DNA of 64,000 nucleotides, taken from contig RECE01000245.1 of the NCBI GenBank assembly GCA_007694165.1, positions 4,962-68,961 on the forward strand, read 5' to 3'. Position 1 is the stretch's first letter. The number at the start of each line of letters is the position of its first letter. A model generated the notes under the pieces. That model made no database searches. It saw only the letters and a program-made list of their open reading frames with translations, and was not told the origin of the DNA. Both the position numbers and the translations under genes were made by a program. Below, in pieces: positions 9,414-18,281 of this stretch. Source of the stretch: Bacteroidota bacterium (GTDB taxonomy: Bacteria > Bacteroidota > Bacteroidia > Bacteroidales > UBA7960).

Positions 9414-10313
9414 TTAAGCAGTAGTATCAGTCATGGGGATTGTGCGGGAATTATCTTGAGAAGAAACAAATTTCAGGGTTTTCCAGGAGTTAAGATTGAA
9501 AAATGCCCCATGTTGCAAAAAGCCAAGTTGTATGCCGTCAATAGATATTCTTTCATTCTCCCGGATTTGGTCAAAATTGGAAAAGGTAAGATTTTCGGTG
9601 GAGACCACCGTAACAATCCCTGTACCTTTCACATACATCGTATTGTCAGGCAATATGGTTATGGAAGTGTTTTCGCCGATACCAATTCCCCTTTGGGTAT
9701 ATCCATTGCAAAGGAATTGAGTCAGCCGTCCCAGCCGGCCTCTGGCAACAAAGTGGGTGTCGATGGTAATTTTCTCAATAAAACCAAAACCTTTATCATA
9801 TTTAACCGAACCTTTCATCAGCCCCTGGTTGTCACCATCATATGTCATGGGGTCTGCGGCTGCGGACGCACCGGCTGAAGTACCTGCCACAGTAAGTCTT
9901 TCGTTCAAAAACCTGTATTTGATTTGGTCAATGAGCTTTGAGCCGAGCAAAATCCTGGTGAGTCTTACCTGATCGCCACCGGTAAAAAATACCATATCAG
10001 CCTTTTGAAGCTTTTCGAAATAATGGTTCTTATCCGCTTCCCGTGAGTTACGTATGTCGAAAATATCAATATTCTTTACTCCCAGTTCACGGAATACATA
10101 ATAATAATCCTCTCCACACTCAATAGGGTATAGGGTTGCAGTTGGAATGATGATAACATTTTCAGCTTTGTTGATTCCAATGAGATCACCCAGGACAATT
10201 CTCTCGTCTTTGCGGTCTTCAGCCCCACCTATTAATACAAGGTTTCCTTTTTCAGCGGATGTTGCAGGTGTTCTCATTCGCATTATCTTTTTTGGGACGA
10301 TTACATGGTGCAA
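9414..10313 (-). CDS. cphB: Cyanophycinase (peptidase S51), no signal peptide
   Basis: LIGGAED, IIPTA, FFTGGDQ, GTSAGA (Ser nucleophile), DTHF-x-x-RGRLGRL (His), GIGIGENT (Glu). Confidence 0.92.
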   Translation of the reverse strand: MHHVIVPKKIMRMRTPATSAEKGNLVLIGGAEDRKDERIVLGDLIGINKAENVIIIPTATLYPIECGEDYYYVFRELGVKNIDIFDIRNSREADKNHYFEKLQKADMVFFTGGDQVRLTRILLGSKLIDQIKYRFLNERLTVAGTSAGASAAADPMTYDGDNQGLMKGSVKYDKGFGFIEKITIDTHFVARGRLGRLTQFLCNGYTQRGIGIGENTSITILPDNTMYVKGTGIVTVVSTENLTFSNFDQIRENERISIDGIQLGFLQHGAFFNLNSWKTLKFVSSQDNSRTIPMTDTTA

Positions 10314-10344
10314 AAGGGTGTGTTTTTTTAATAACCCTTTCCTG

Positions 10345-10352
10345 CAAATTTA
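10345..10352 (-). promoter_or_regulatory. Bacteroidota sigma-A -7 box (TAAATTTG) upstream of cphB
   Basis: TAnnTTTG on the minus strand, about 30 bp upstream of the cphB start. Confidence 0.5.
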
Positions 10353-10530
10353 ACGATTTTATTATTTCTTTTTGGATTTGTCAGCAGAGTTGCTGGCAAA
10401 TCTCCAGGAGCGCATATGTTATATTATTGTCCCTACATTAATTTGTAAAGTGCGCTGCACTTTTATACTCGTTCCGGGGCGTGCAATTTTAATTCTCAAC
10501 GGGGGCGGTTTCCTGATTCTTTTTATATGG

Positions 10531-10562
10531 AAAAGGCCTCAACTTATAGCAAGTGAGGCCTT
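10531..10562 (-). terminator. Rho-independent terminator of the DUF6580 gene
   Basis: Minus strand reads AAGGCCTCA-cttgctataagt-TGAGGCCTT-TT, about 27 bp downstream of the stop at 10589. Confidence 0.7.
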
Positions 10563-10588
10563 CTTATTCAAAAGGGTTAAAGGTTTAT

Positions 10589-11122
10589 TCAGACTTTGAT
10601 ATGCGACAGAGAAGGATATTTTTGTTGTACAAGATAGAATCCACCAAAGAATACTCCTGAGTAGAACAAATCGCCCAAAACAGAAGAGTGGAAAAAGGGG
10701 ATTGCCATGGTGTATGACTGCATCAAACCGGCGAAGGTTTGCGGGTAAAAGGGGCTACCTGCCCATACGGCAAAATTGGTAATAAGGAAAAAGAGGACAG
10801 AAGATGCAAGAGCGCCACCCAAAACGGTAGACACCCGTACATTGTTTTTCATCAATTGTCCAAGGAGCACTACCAGTGCAAAACTTACATAAACCGGAAT
10901 CATGAAACCGTGAAAGCCAATAATCATATCGCTTACAAAAAGCGCGAATAAAGGAATGAAGAATGCCAGCCACTTTCTGCCAAGATGAGCTCCTCCAAAA
11001 AGTGCTATAGCTGCAATGGGGGTAAAGTTGGGATAATGAGGTACAAGGCGCATGACGGCGGCAAATATTATGATTCCGGCAATTACAAGCACTTTGGGGC
11101 TTACTATTTCTTTCAGATTCAT
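10589..11122 (-). CDS. DUF6580-family putative transport membrane protein (resembles an ECF S-component)
   Basis: ORF 10589..11167, probable ATG at 11122. RLVPHYPNFTPIAAIALFGGA, SSVLFFLITNFAVW, Y-MAIPFF, GDLFYS; about 5-6 TM helices. Confidence 0.75.
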   Translation of the reverse strand: MNLKEIVSPKVLVIAGIIIFAAVMRLVPHYPNFTPIAAIALFGGAHLGRKWLAFFIPLFALFVSDMIIGFHGFMIPVYVSFALVVLLGQLMKNNVRVSTVLGGALASSVLFFLITNFAVWAGSPFYPQTFAGLMQSYTMAIPFFHSSVLGDLFYSGVFFGGFYLVQQKYPSLSHIKV

Positions 11123-11164
11123 TTTTATAATTATTAGATTTACAATTCGATTGGGATTTACGGG

Positions 11165-11172
11165 CAAAAGTA
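11165..11172 (-). promoter_or_regulatory. -7 box (TACTTTTG) upstream of the DUF6580 gene
   Basis: TAnnTTTG about 43 bp upstream of the ATG at 11122. Confidence 0.45.
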
Positions 11173-11244
11173 AAAAATCCTTTTCATTTTAAACAGCATA
11201 AAAATACTTTTGTTTCCCTTTTACTAATTATTATCTCGTGGGGG

Positions 11245-11703
11245 ATGACAACCTTTTGTTATCACTCACATCAATTATCGACAATATTTATGATGAACTG
11301 GCTTCACATCATCGACTGGATTCTGTTTATTTTCCATTTTTTGTTTGTCCTGTTTAATCTTACAGGCTGGATTTGGAGAGCTACGCGCAAACTTCACCTG
11401 GTGAGTATCTTGCTCACTTTTGGATCGTGGTTTATCCTGGGCATATTTTATGGCTGGGGTTATTGCCCTTTAACCGACTGGCACTGGTCTGTTTTGAATA
11501 AGATGGGAAAATATGGATTGCCTAATTCTTATGTATCTTATCTTATTGAACGGACTACTGGCTTTTCTTTGCCTGATATGCTGGTGGACTTCCTTACCCT
11601 TCTATTTGCCCTGGTTGCCCTGGCTCTTTCTGTCAGATACAACTTTTTCAAAAAAAACAAACATACCTTTGTGCGAAAAAAAATCATTGACAGGACTGAT
11701 TAA
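11245..11703 (+). CDS. DUF2784-family membrane protein
   Basis: H-x-x-FVLFNLTGW, GWGYCPLTDWHW; the true start may be the internal MMNWL. Confidence 0.75.
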   Translation: MTTFCYHSHQLSTIFMMNWLHIIDWILFIFHFLFVLFNLTGWIWRATRKLHLVSILLTFGSWFILGIFYGWGYCPLTDWHWSVLNKMGKYGLPNSYVSYLIERTTGFSLPDMLVDFLTLLFALVALALSVRYNFFKKNKHTFVRKKIIDRTD

Positions 11704-11928
11704 AAAAGCAATAGAAATTTTTAATCATAAACCGGTTTTTATTCTATATTTTTGAAAGGTAAAGTAAGCCTTGAGAGAAATTGGGCCAAAGAACAGTCAT
11801 TTCGCCGTAGTTTCCAAACATAAAATATTTTAACTACATTAGTAAAAATTGCAAAATACAACCAGGCAATCAGAAGATGAATCCTTTCCTCTCCTGAATT
11901 AACAATATAAAGATAAAAATTATCAGTT

Positions 11929-13923
11929 ATGACATATCCTGAATATCTTGAAAATGATAAATACCTGCAGCCCTTTGCAGAGGCCATTACCGGACGTATA
12001 AAGCGTGCTGAAGAAAGAGAGAAGCAGCTGGTGGGAAATTCATCACTTTCTGATTTTGCCGTAGGCTATATGTATTATGGCCTGCACAAACAAAAAGATA
12101 CCTGGATCATGCGCGAGTGGGCACCCAATGCAACTAAAATATATCTGACAGGCGATTTTTCTGCCTGGCAGCTGAGGGAGGAATTTGTATTTCAGAATAT
12201 TGGCAACGGAAACTGGAGTATTGAGTTACCTCTCAAAACCCTGAAACATGGAGATTTGTACAAACTGCATGTATGTTGGAACGGAGATAGTGGCGACAGG
12301 ATTCCTGCATGGGCCCGCCGGGTAGTGCAGGATGAACATACCAATAATTTCAGCACCCAGGTGTGGGACCCCCAAAAAACCTACCAATGGAAACACAAAG
12401 CCCCCAAAAAGAAGGCATCTTTTTCCCCATTGGTTTATGAGGCGCATATTGGCATGGCTACTGAGGAATATGGAGTGGGAACTTATGAGAATTTCAGGAA
12501 AAACATTTTACCCGGAATCAAAAATTCCGGATACAATACCATCCAGTTTATGGCCATCCAGGAACATCCGTACTATGGGTCCTTTGGTTATCATGTGAGC
12601 AGTTTTTTTGCAGCAACCTCACGTTTTGGAACGCCCGAAGAGCTAAAGGCACTCATTGATGATGCCCACGGAATGGGAATACATGTCATTATGGATATTG
12701 TGCATTCACATGCGGTAAAAAATGAAGTGGAGGGGATAAGCAGATATGATGGCTCCCTTTACCAGTTTTTTCATGACGGCCCGAGAGGCGACCATCCTGC
12801 GTGGGACAGCCGTTGCTTTGATTATGGAAAAAATGAAGTATTGCATTTTCTTCTTTCCAACTGTAAATTCTGGCTGGATGAATATCGTTTTGACGGTTAT
12901 CGCTTTGATGGAATCACCAGTATGTTGTTCAAAGATCATGGACTGGGCAGTGCTTTTAGTGAATACAAGCAATACTATGATGGCAACCAGGATGACGACG
13001 CCATTGTATATCTGAAACTGGCCAATAAGCTGATTCACCAGGTAAATCCCGATGCAATAACCATTGCAGAGGAGATGAGCGGTATGCCCGGTCTGGCAAC
13101 ACCTCAGGCAAAAGGAGGGTACGGATTTAACTATCGCCTTGCCATGGGCATACCTGATTTCTGGATAAAAACCATTAAAGAGAAAAAAATCGAATTCTGG
13201 CATGTAGGAGATTTATTCCATAATCTTTCCAATAAACGTGCGGATGAACAAACCATTCATTACGCGGAGTCGCATGATCAGGCGCTGGTAGGGGATAAAA
13301 CCATCATTTTCTGGCTTCTGGATAAGGAGATGTATTATAATATGCATGTAAGCCATCAGAGTATTGTTGTGGAAAACGGTATTGCCCTTCATAAAATGAT
13401 TCGTTTGGTTACTCTTGCCACCGCCGGCGATGGCTATCTGAATTTCATGGGCAATGAATTCGGCCACCCCGAATGGATAGACTTTCCGGGAAGACACAAT
13501 AACTGGTCTTATCATTATGCCCGCAGGCAATGGAGCCTGGCAAAAAATAAAGAGCTACGATATCAGTTTCTTAATCGTTTTGATCAGGAAATGATAAAAC
13601 TTTTCAGTGACCACAAATTGCTGCAAAAAGATTTACAGTATCCACGGGTGCAAAATGCAAATGATCAGGTGCTGATTTTTGAAAGAGGGAAGTATTTGTT
13701 TGTATTCAATTTCAACCCTTTCAACTCTTATACGGATTATTCATTTGAAGCCGGTGCCGGAAAGTATTCAGTTGTTCTGGATAGCGATAGTAAAGAATTG
13801 GGAGGTTTTGGAAGGCAACAGCAGGATCAGATTCATCATGCCTTTAAAAACCCGGAGGGAAAAACTGTACTCAGTCTTTATATTCCTTCTCTTTGTTCAT
13901 TTGTATTGGAGAGAAGTAAATAG
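11929..13923 (+). CDS. glgB: 1,4-alpha-glucan branching enzyme (GH13_8 type)
   Basis: REWAPNA, YEAHIGMA, GSFGYHV, FDGYRFDGITSM (nucleophile), IAEEMSG, YAESHDQ, FMGNEFGHPEWIDFP. Confidence 0.95.
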   Translation: MTYPEYLENDKYLQPFAEAITGRIKRAEEREKQLVGNSSLSDFAVGYMYYGLHKQKDTWIMREWAPNATKIYLTGDFSAWQLREEFVFQNIGNGNWSIELPLKTLKHGDLYKLHVCWNGDSGDRIPAWARRVVQDEHTNNFSTQVWDPQKTYQWKHKAPKKKASFSPLVYEAHIGMATEEYGVGTYENFRKNILPGIKNSGYNTIQFMAIQEHPYYGSFGYHVSSFFAATSRFGTPEELKALIDDAHGMGIHVIMDIVHSHAVKNEVEGISRYDGSLYQFFHDGPRGDHPAWDSRCFDYGKNEVLHFLLSNCKFWLDEYRFDGYRFDGITSMLFKDHGLGSAFSEYKQYYDGNQDDDAIVYLKLANKLIHQVNPDAITIAEEMSGMPGLATPQAKGGYGFNYRLAMGIPDFWIKTIKEKKIEFWHVGDLFHNLSNKRADEQTIHYAESHDQALVGDKTIIFWLLDKEMYYNMHVSHQSIVVENGIALHKMIRLVTLATAGDGYLNFMGNEFGHPEWIDFPGRHNNWSYHYARRQWSLAKNKELRYQFLNRFDQEMIKLFSDHKLLQKDLQYPRVQNANDQVLIFERGKYLFVFNFNPFNSYTDYSFEAGAGKYSVVLDSDSKELGGFGRQQQDQIHHAFKNPEGKTVLSLYIPSLCSFVLERSK

Positions 13924-13965
13924 TGTTGCTTAACAATTAATCCTTTACGGTATAGTTATTTTAAT

Positions 13966-13973
13966 TAATTTTG
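13966..13973 (+). promoter_or_regulatory. -7 box (TAATTTTG) upstream of the 14026 lipoprotein gene
   Basis: TAnnTTTG about 50 bp upstream of the ATG. Confidence 0.45.
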
Positions 13974-14025
13974 TACTCACAATTATTATAGCTAACCAAT
14001 ACATTTATTTCTTAAAAAAGTATCC

Positions 14026-14577
14026 ATGATTAAAAGATTTGTAATTATTGCCCTGGTAGGTTTAGTGATGATTTCCTGCGGCCAGGTAAAAGAGCAACAA
14101 AGCGAAGTTGCTGAGTCAAAACTGATATCAGAACTGGTTTCACAACCCCTCGAATACGAAGGTAAAGAAGTAAGTTTTGACGGTGTTATTTCTCACATCT
14201 GCAGGCACAGTGGCGACAAAATGCGTGTAAACCAGCTTGACGACGCAGATTTTAGTATTATGGTAATGCTGGAAGAGTTTCAGTCTCAGTTTAGTGCTGA
14301 ATTTGAAGGCAAACGTGTGAAAGTTACCGGATTGCTGAAAACGGTTGTTCGCAACATGGAAGAACTTGAGCATTCTCATGACCACGCGCACGACGGAGAA
14401 GAAGGACACGATTGTTCATCTACTGAAGAAGCCGTTAAACTAATGGCAGAGAGAGGCATTACGCCCGATATCAGAGCCTATGTAGAACTCAGGGGTTTTG
14501 AAATTGTAGAAGAAGAGCTAATAGAAGAAGAGGTTGTAGAAGTTGCTGAGGTTGCTAAGGCCGGAGAGGGTTGCTAA
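14026..14577 (+). CDS. Lipoprotein with probable OB-fold, HxCxH motif and His-rich loop
   Basis: Lipobox MISC; YEGKEVSFDGVISHICRHSG; EHSHDHAHDGEEGHDC; acidic C-terminus. Confidence 0.75.
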   Translation: MIKRFVIIALVGLVMISCGQVKEQQSEVAESKLISELVSQPLEYEGKEVSFDGVISHICRHSGDKMRVNQLDDADFSIMVMLEEFQSQFSAEFEGKRVKVTGLLKTVVRNMEELEHSHDHAHDGEEGHDCSSTEEAVKLMAERGITPDIRAYVELRGFEIVEEELIEEEVVEVAEVAKAGEGC

Positions 14578-14658
14578 ACAGCTTTCATGATATTTATTGA
14601 AAAGGATGTTTCTGCTTTAGGAAATGTCCTTTTCTTATTTTTATGTTTTAAGGGATTT

Positions 14659-15285
14659 ATGACGATCACAGAAAAACTTCAGAAATGCTTCAAAGCCCCA
14701 CTTCCGGGTTTTACAGCTCAACTGCAGATGGCACCTACCTACAGGATGAATGATTTGCTCAATGCAGACAACCATATCAATGCAGTGAAGAGTAGTGTGC
14801 TGATTCTGTTTTATGAAAAGGGAGGAGAATACTACCTGCCGTTTATCAAAAGACCTCATTACGATGGTGTTCACAGTGGTCAGATAGCATTTCCAGGGGG
14901 ACGATGGGAGGCTACTGATAAAAGCATGTATCATACAGCCTTGCGTGAAGCCAGGGAGGAGATCGGTATTTATTCTGAAAAAGTAAGTTATATGGGCAAA
15001 CTTACAGATTTATACATTCCCCCCAGCAACTATATTGTGAGTCCGTTTACCGGCATATACCACTCCACAAAAACATTTGTGGCAGATCCAACCGAAGTAG
15101 CCGCAATCATTGAGGTTCCCCTCTCATTTTTTCTTCGCCCGGAAGCGCGCACAGAAGCGCAGTTGAAACTTTCAAGCGGACAAGAGATCACCACACCCTG
15201 CTTTAATTATAACAACCATATTATTTGGGGAGCCACAGCAATGATATTGAATGAACTCATTGTACTGTGGAAAACTACGGTATAA
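14659..15285 (+). CDS. Nudix hydrolase, CoA pyrophosphatase type
   Basis: ORF 14587..15285, probable ATG at 14659. HSGQIAFPGG...TALREAREEIG (NuCoA/Nudix box), IWGATA. Confidence 0.9.
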   Translation: MTITEKLQKCFKAPLPGFTAQLQMAPTYRMNDLLNADNHINAVKSSVLILFYEKGGEYYLPFIKRPHYDGVHSGQIAFPGGRWEATDKSMYHTALREAREEIGIYSEKVSYMGKLTDLYIPPSNYIVSPFTGIYHSTKTFVADPTEVAAIIEVPLSFFLRPEARTEAQLKLSSGQEITTPCFNYNNHIIWGATAMILNELIVLWKTTV

Positions 15286-15411
15286 TACAGGTAATTTATC
15301 GGGTAAGCCCATTAACTTCAAAGGGCTAATTTTGAAGAAGTGTTTAATTAAGAGTTTAATAGTAGTTTGTTATCAATAAACCTGCTAAAAATACTTATAA
15401 CTTTTATCTGA

Positions 15412-15451
15412 AAAACAGTTCTCAAACCTATAAAACAGTTCTCAAACCCAT
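15412..15451 (+). repeat. Tandem 20-bp direct repeat (two copies, 1 mismatch)
   Basis: AAAACAGTTCTCAAACCTAT (15412-15431) followed by AAAACAGTTCTCAAACCCAT (15432-15451), ending 14 bp before the ATG at 15466. Confidence 0.9.
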
Positions 15452-15465
15452 AAAAAAGAATAGTT

Positions 15466-15990
15466 ATGAAAAAGTTAAATTACCTTCTATTGTCTATTGT
15501 ATTGATGGTGCTTTGTATCGGCAACACCCAGGCACAGTCAGATTTCCGAATGCAATCTGTATTTATATACAACTTTACCCGTCTTATCGCATGGCCTGCA
15601 GATTACCAGAGTGGTGATTTTATTATCGCTGTGTACGGCAACTCGGGCATGAGTCAGGAGATTGAAGAAATGGCAAGGACTAAAAGAGCCGGGAACCAAA
15701 GTATTGTAGCTGCAAACTTTAGTTCGGTGGAGGATATTTCCAAATGCCATATTCTGTATATTCCCTCTAATCAAAGCAGGAGGATTTCGGAGATTGTAGC
15801 TGCATTAAAGGCGAAAAACATCAATGCTTTGGTGATTACGGATTCACGCAATGCGATTAACAATGGCTCGGTAATTAATTTTACCATTGTTGATAACCGT
15901 CACCGATTCGAATTAAGCCAGGATAATGCACGTGCCATGGGACTCAACCCTGGTGGGGAAATAGCACGACTGGCGATTCTAACTGATTAA
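15466..15990 (+). CDS. YfiR/HmsC-like (DUF4154) periplasmic protein
   Basis: Signal peptide; FIYNFTRLIAWP, CHILYI, INF, RFELS...GL...LA pattern of the YfiR family. Confidence 0.85.
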   Translation: MKKLNYLLLSIVLMVLCIGNTQAQSDFRMQSVFIYNFTRLIAWPADYQSGDFIIAVYGNSGMSQEIEEMARTKRAGNQSIVAANFSSVEDISKCHILYIPSNQSRRISEIVAALKAKNINALVITDSRNAINNGSVINFTIVDNRHRFELSQDNARAMGLNPGGEIARLAILTD

Positions 15991-16117
15991 AATGGTGAAG
16001 TCTTTTGTTCTTCAGGTTGTTGGAGTTGCTATTTTTTTTTCATCAGTGTGATACAATTTTCGTAATTTTAGCCCGAAAAACAATTCATATAGTATTATAT
16101 AATTAAAATGTCTTTAA

Positions 16118-18052
16118 ATGAGGCTAACCATTGGAAGAAAACTTAGCATTGGTTTTACACTCCTGATTCTGTTTTTTCTAATCAGTATTACCACGATTTA
16201 TATTACGCTCACCAGGGTTCAAAATGTAAACGAACGCAACAGTGAGGTCTATGTGCCATCAATGAACCTCTTGATGGAGCTGAAGAGCCAGATAGTAGAA
16301 TCGGAAAAACTTATCGGAACCTGGATTTTCATCCAGAGTATTGATGATACCCCTGATAAGAACCGTCTCAGAGAGCTTATTAATAATGATTATCCGACTC
16401 TGCGCGATGAACTGCTTGGAATATCTCAGCAATGGAATGCAGAGCAGGCAGAAGAGTTGCAGGAGGTTTTGCGCCAGATTGGCGAATTATTTATTACCTA
16501 CGGCTTTGTAATGGATGAGCTTTCGGATTTCATGAGTTACGATGATGTAATGGTCATTTTTGAAATCAGACCCATGATGGAAGAAGGCGGCACCATTGTA
16601 AGAAATACCAGGCAATTGATTCAAGGTCTTGATAATCTCCTTGATGTGCAGCGCGCTGTCGTTGCCGCAGGACAGTCGGATATGGAGGTAACCCTGGAAC
16701 GATTCAGAAGCCTGAGTTTCCTGTTGGGTATAATTATCGTAGTGGGAGGTATTATTATCGCTTCTGTTTTTGTAAGGATGATTACCAAACCGGTTCTTTA
16801 TCTTCGCAATATTCTTAATGAAATGGGTGAAGGTAAACTTCCCCAGCACAGCCTGAAGGGGAGGGAAGATGAAATTGGCGATATGAGCAAGGCCCTTAAT
16901 TTTTTAATTGAAGGGCTGAAAGAGAAAGTAACTTTTGCTTCAGAGATTGGCAATGGCAACTTCGAACATGAGTTTAAGCCATTGAGCGATGAAGATACCC
17001 TGGGGATCTCACTTGTTGAAATGCGCGGAAGCCTTCAACAGGCAAAAACAGAGGAAGACAAAAGAAAAATTGAAGATACCAAACGAAACTGGTCTACCCA
17101 GGGAGTTGCAAGGTTTGCTGAATTGCTCAGACAAAACAATGATAATCTTCACGAGCTTTCTTTCAATATTATCAGAAACCTTGTGGGCTATCTTGAAGCC
17201 AACCAGGGAGGGGTGTTTATCCTGAGTGAAGATACAGAAGAACCCAGTGTTGAGCTCTTTGCCTGCTATGCTTATGAGCGACGCAAGTTCTTGAAGAAAA
17301 TTATTACCAAAGGTGAAGGGCTTGTAGGAACCTGCTTGCAGGAGGGTGATACCATTTATCTTACGGATGTTCCTGATAGTTACATCAATATTACCTCCGG
17401 CCTGGGCGACTCCAATCCCAGATGTATTCTTATCGTACCTCTTAAATTAAACGATGAAATATTTGGAGTTATTGAAATTGCTTCTTTCAAGGTGCTGGAA
17501 CCTCACCAGATTGAGTTTGTTGAGAAAGTAGCAGAATCCATTGCTTCGACTATCTCCAGTGTTAAGATCAATATTCGTACAACCGAACTGCTGCACCAGT
17601 CGCAGGAGCAAAGTGAAGAAATGAGAGCACAGGAAGAGGAAATGCGTCAGAACATGGAAGAAATGCATGCTACACAGGAGGAAATGGAAAGAAAAGAAAT
17701 TGAAAGTGAAGGCTTTTTTGCTGCCATGAACAATTCAATTGCTTTTATGGAACTATCGGTTGACTGTAAAGTAAAGAAGATAAACCCGATATTCGCAGGC
17801 ATTGTAAATTATTCAGAAAACGAGGTGGATTCACTCAGTTTCTTTAAAATGTTTGATAAAGCCTTTATGGAAAGCCAGGGAATGCTTAACGTGACAGATA
17901 CCCTGAGCAATGGCACCAGCCTGGATGGAGATTTCATGCTTCTCAGAAGAGATGGAAAGACTGTTCATGTGAAAGGAGCTTTCAAACATGTTCTTAATAA
18001 GTATGGAGCACCGCTGAAAATCTTATTTGTGGTTCAGAAGATAAAAGAATAA
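16118..18052 (+). CDS. Membrane sensor: TM - four-helix-bundle-like periplasmic domain - TM - HAMP - GAF - coiled coil - PAS; no catalytic output domain
   Basis: Two TM helices, REDEIGDMS (HAMP), ANQGGVF...GEGLVG...LIVPL...FGVIEIAS (GAF), QEEEMRQNMEEMHATQEE, C-terminal PAS-like domain. Confidence 0.85.
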   Translation: MRLTIGRKLSIGFTLLILFFLISITTIYITLTRVQNVNERNSEVYVPSMNLLMELKSQIVESEKLIGTWIFIQSIDDTPDKNRLRELINNDYPTLRDELLGISQQWNAEQAEELQEVLRQIGELFITYGFVMDELSDFMSYDDVMVIFEIRPMMEEGGTIVRNTRQLIQGLDNLLDVQRAVVAAGQSDMEVTLERFRSLSFLLGIIIVVGGIIIASVFVRMITKPVLYLRNILNEMGEGKLPQHSLKGREDEIGDMSKALNFLIEGLKEKVTFASEIGNGNFEHEFKPLSDEDTLGISLVEMRGSLQQAKTEEDKRKIEDTKRNWSTQGVARFAELLRQNNDNLHELSFNIIRNLVGYLEANQGGVFILSEDTEEPSVELFACYAYERRKFLKKIITKGEGLVGTCLQEGDTIYLTDVPDSYINITSGLGDSNPRCILIVPLKLNDEIFGVIEIASFKVLEPHQIEFVEKVAESIASTISSVKINIRTTELLHQSQEQSEEMRAQEEEMRQNMEEMHATQEEMERKEIESEGFFAAMNNSIAFMELSVDCKVKKINPIFAGIVNYSENEVDSLSFFKMFDKAFMESQGMLNVTDTLSNGTSLDGDFMLLRRDGKTVHVKGAFKHVLNKYGAPLKILFVVQKIKE

Positions 18053-18088
18053 ACTAAAAAACCGGAAGATTCCGGTTTTTTAGTTTAT
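18049..18088. terminator. Perfect 19-bp inverted repeat; bidirectional terminator-like hairpin
   Basis: ATAAACTAAAAAACCGGAA-ga-TTCCGGTTTTTTAGTTTAT, overlapping the stop codon of the 16118 gene. Confidence 0.8.
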
Positions 18089-18281
18089 GGGCTGTCTGTT
18101 AAATAGGTTGTTTGCTCTGAAAATAATACATGTAAGGCAAATAATACAGGGTGTTGTTTTATCGAATCGAAAAGTAAGTTATTATAACCCTTATTGTTTG
18201 AGAGTAGCAGTAAAAGGCAATATACCCGGTTCAGGGCAAACTGCCTGAATACAAATCAAAACTATTGTAAACAAATCCATT

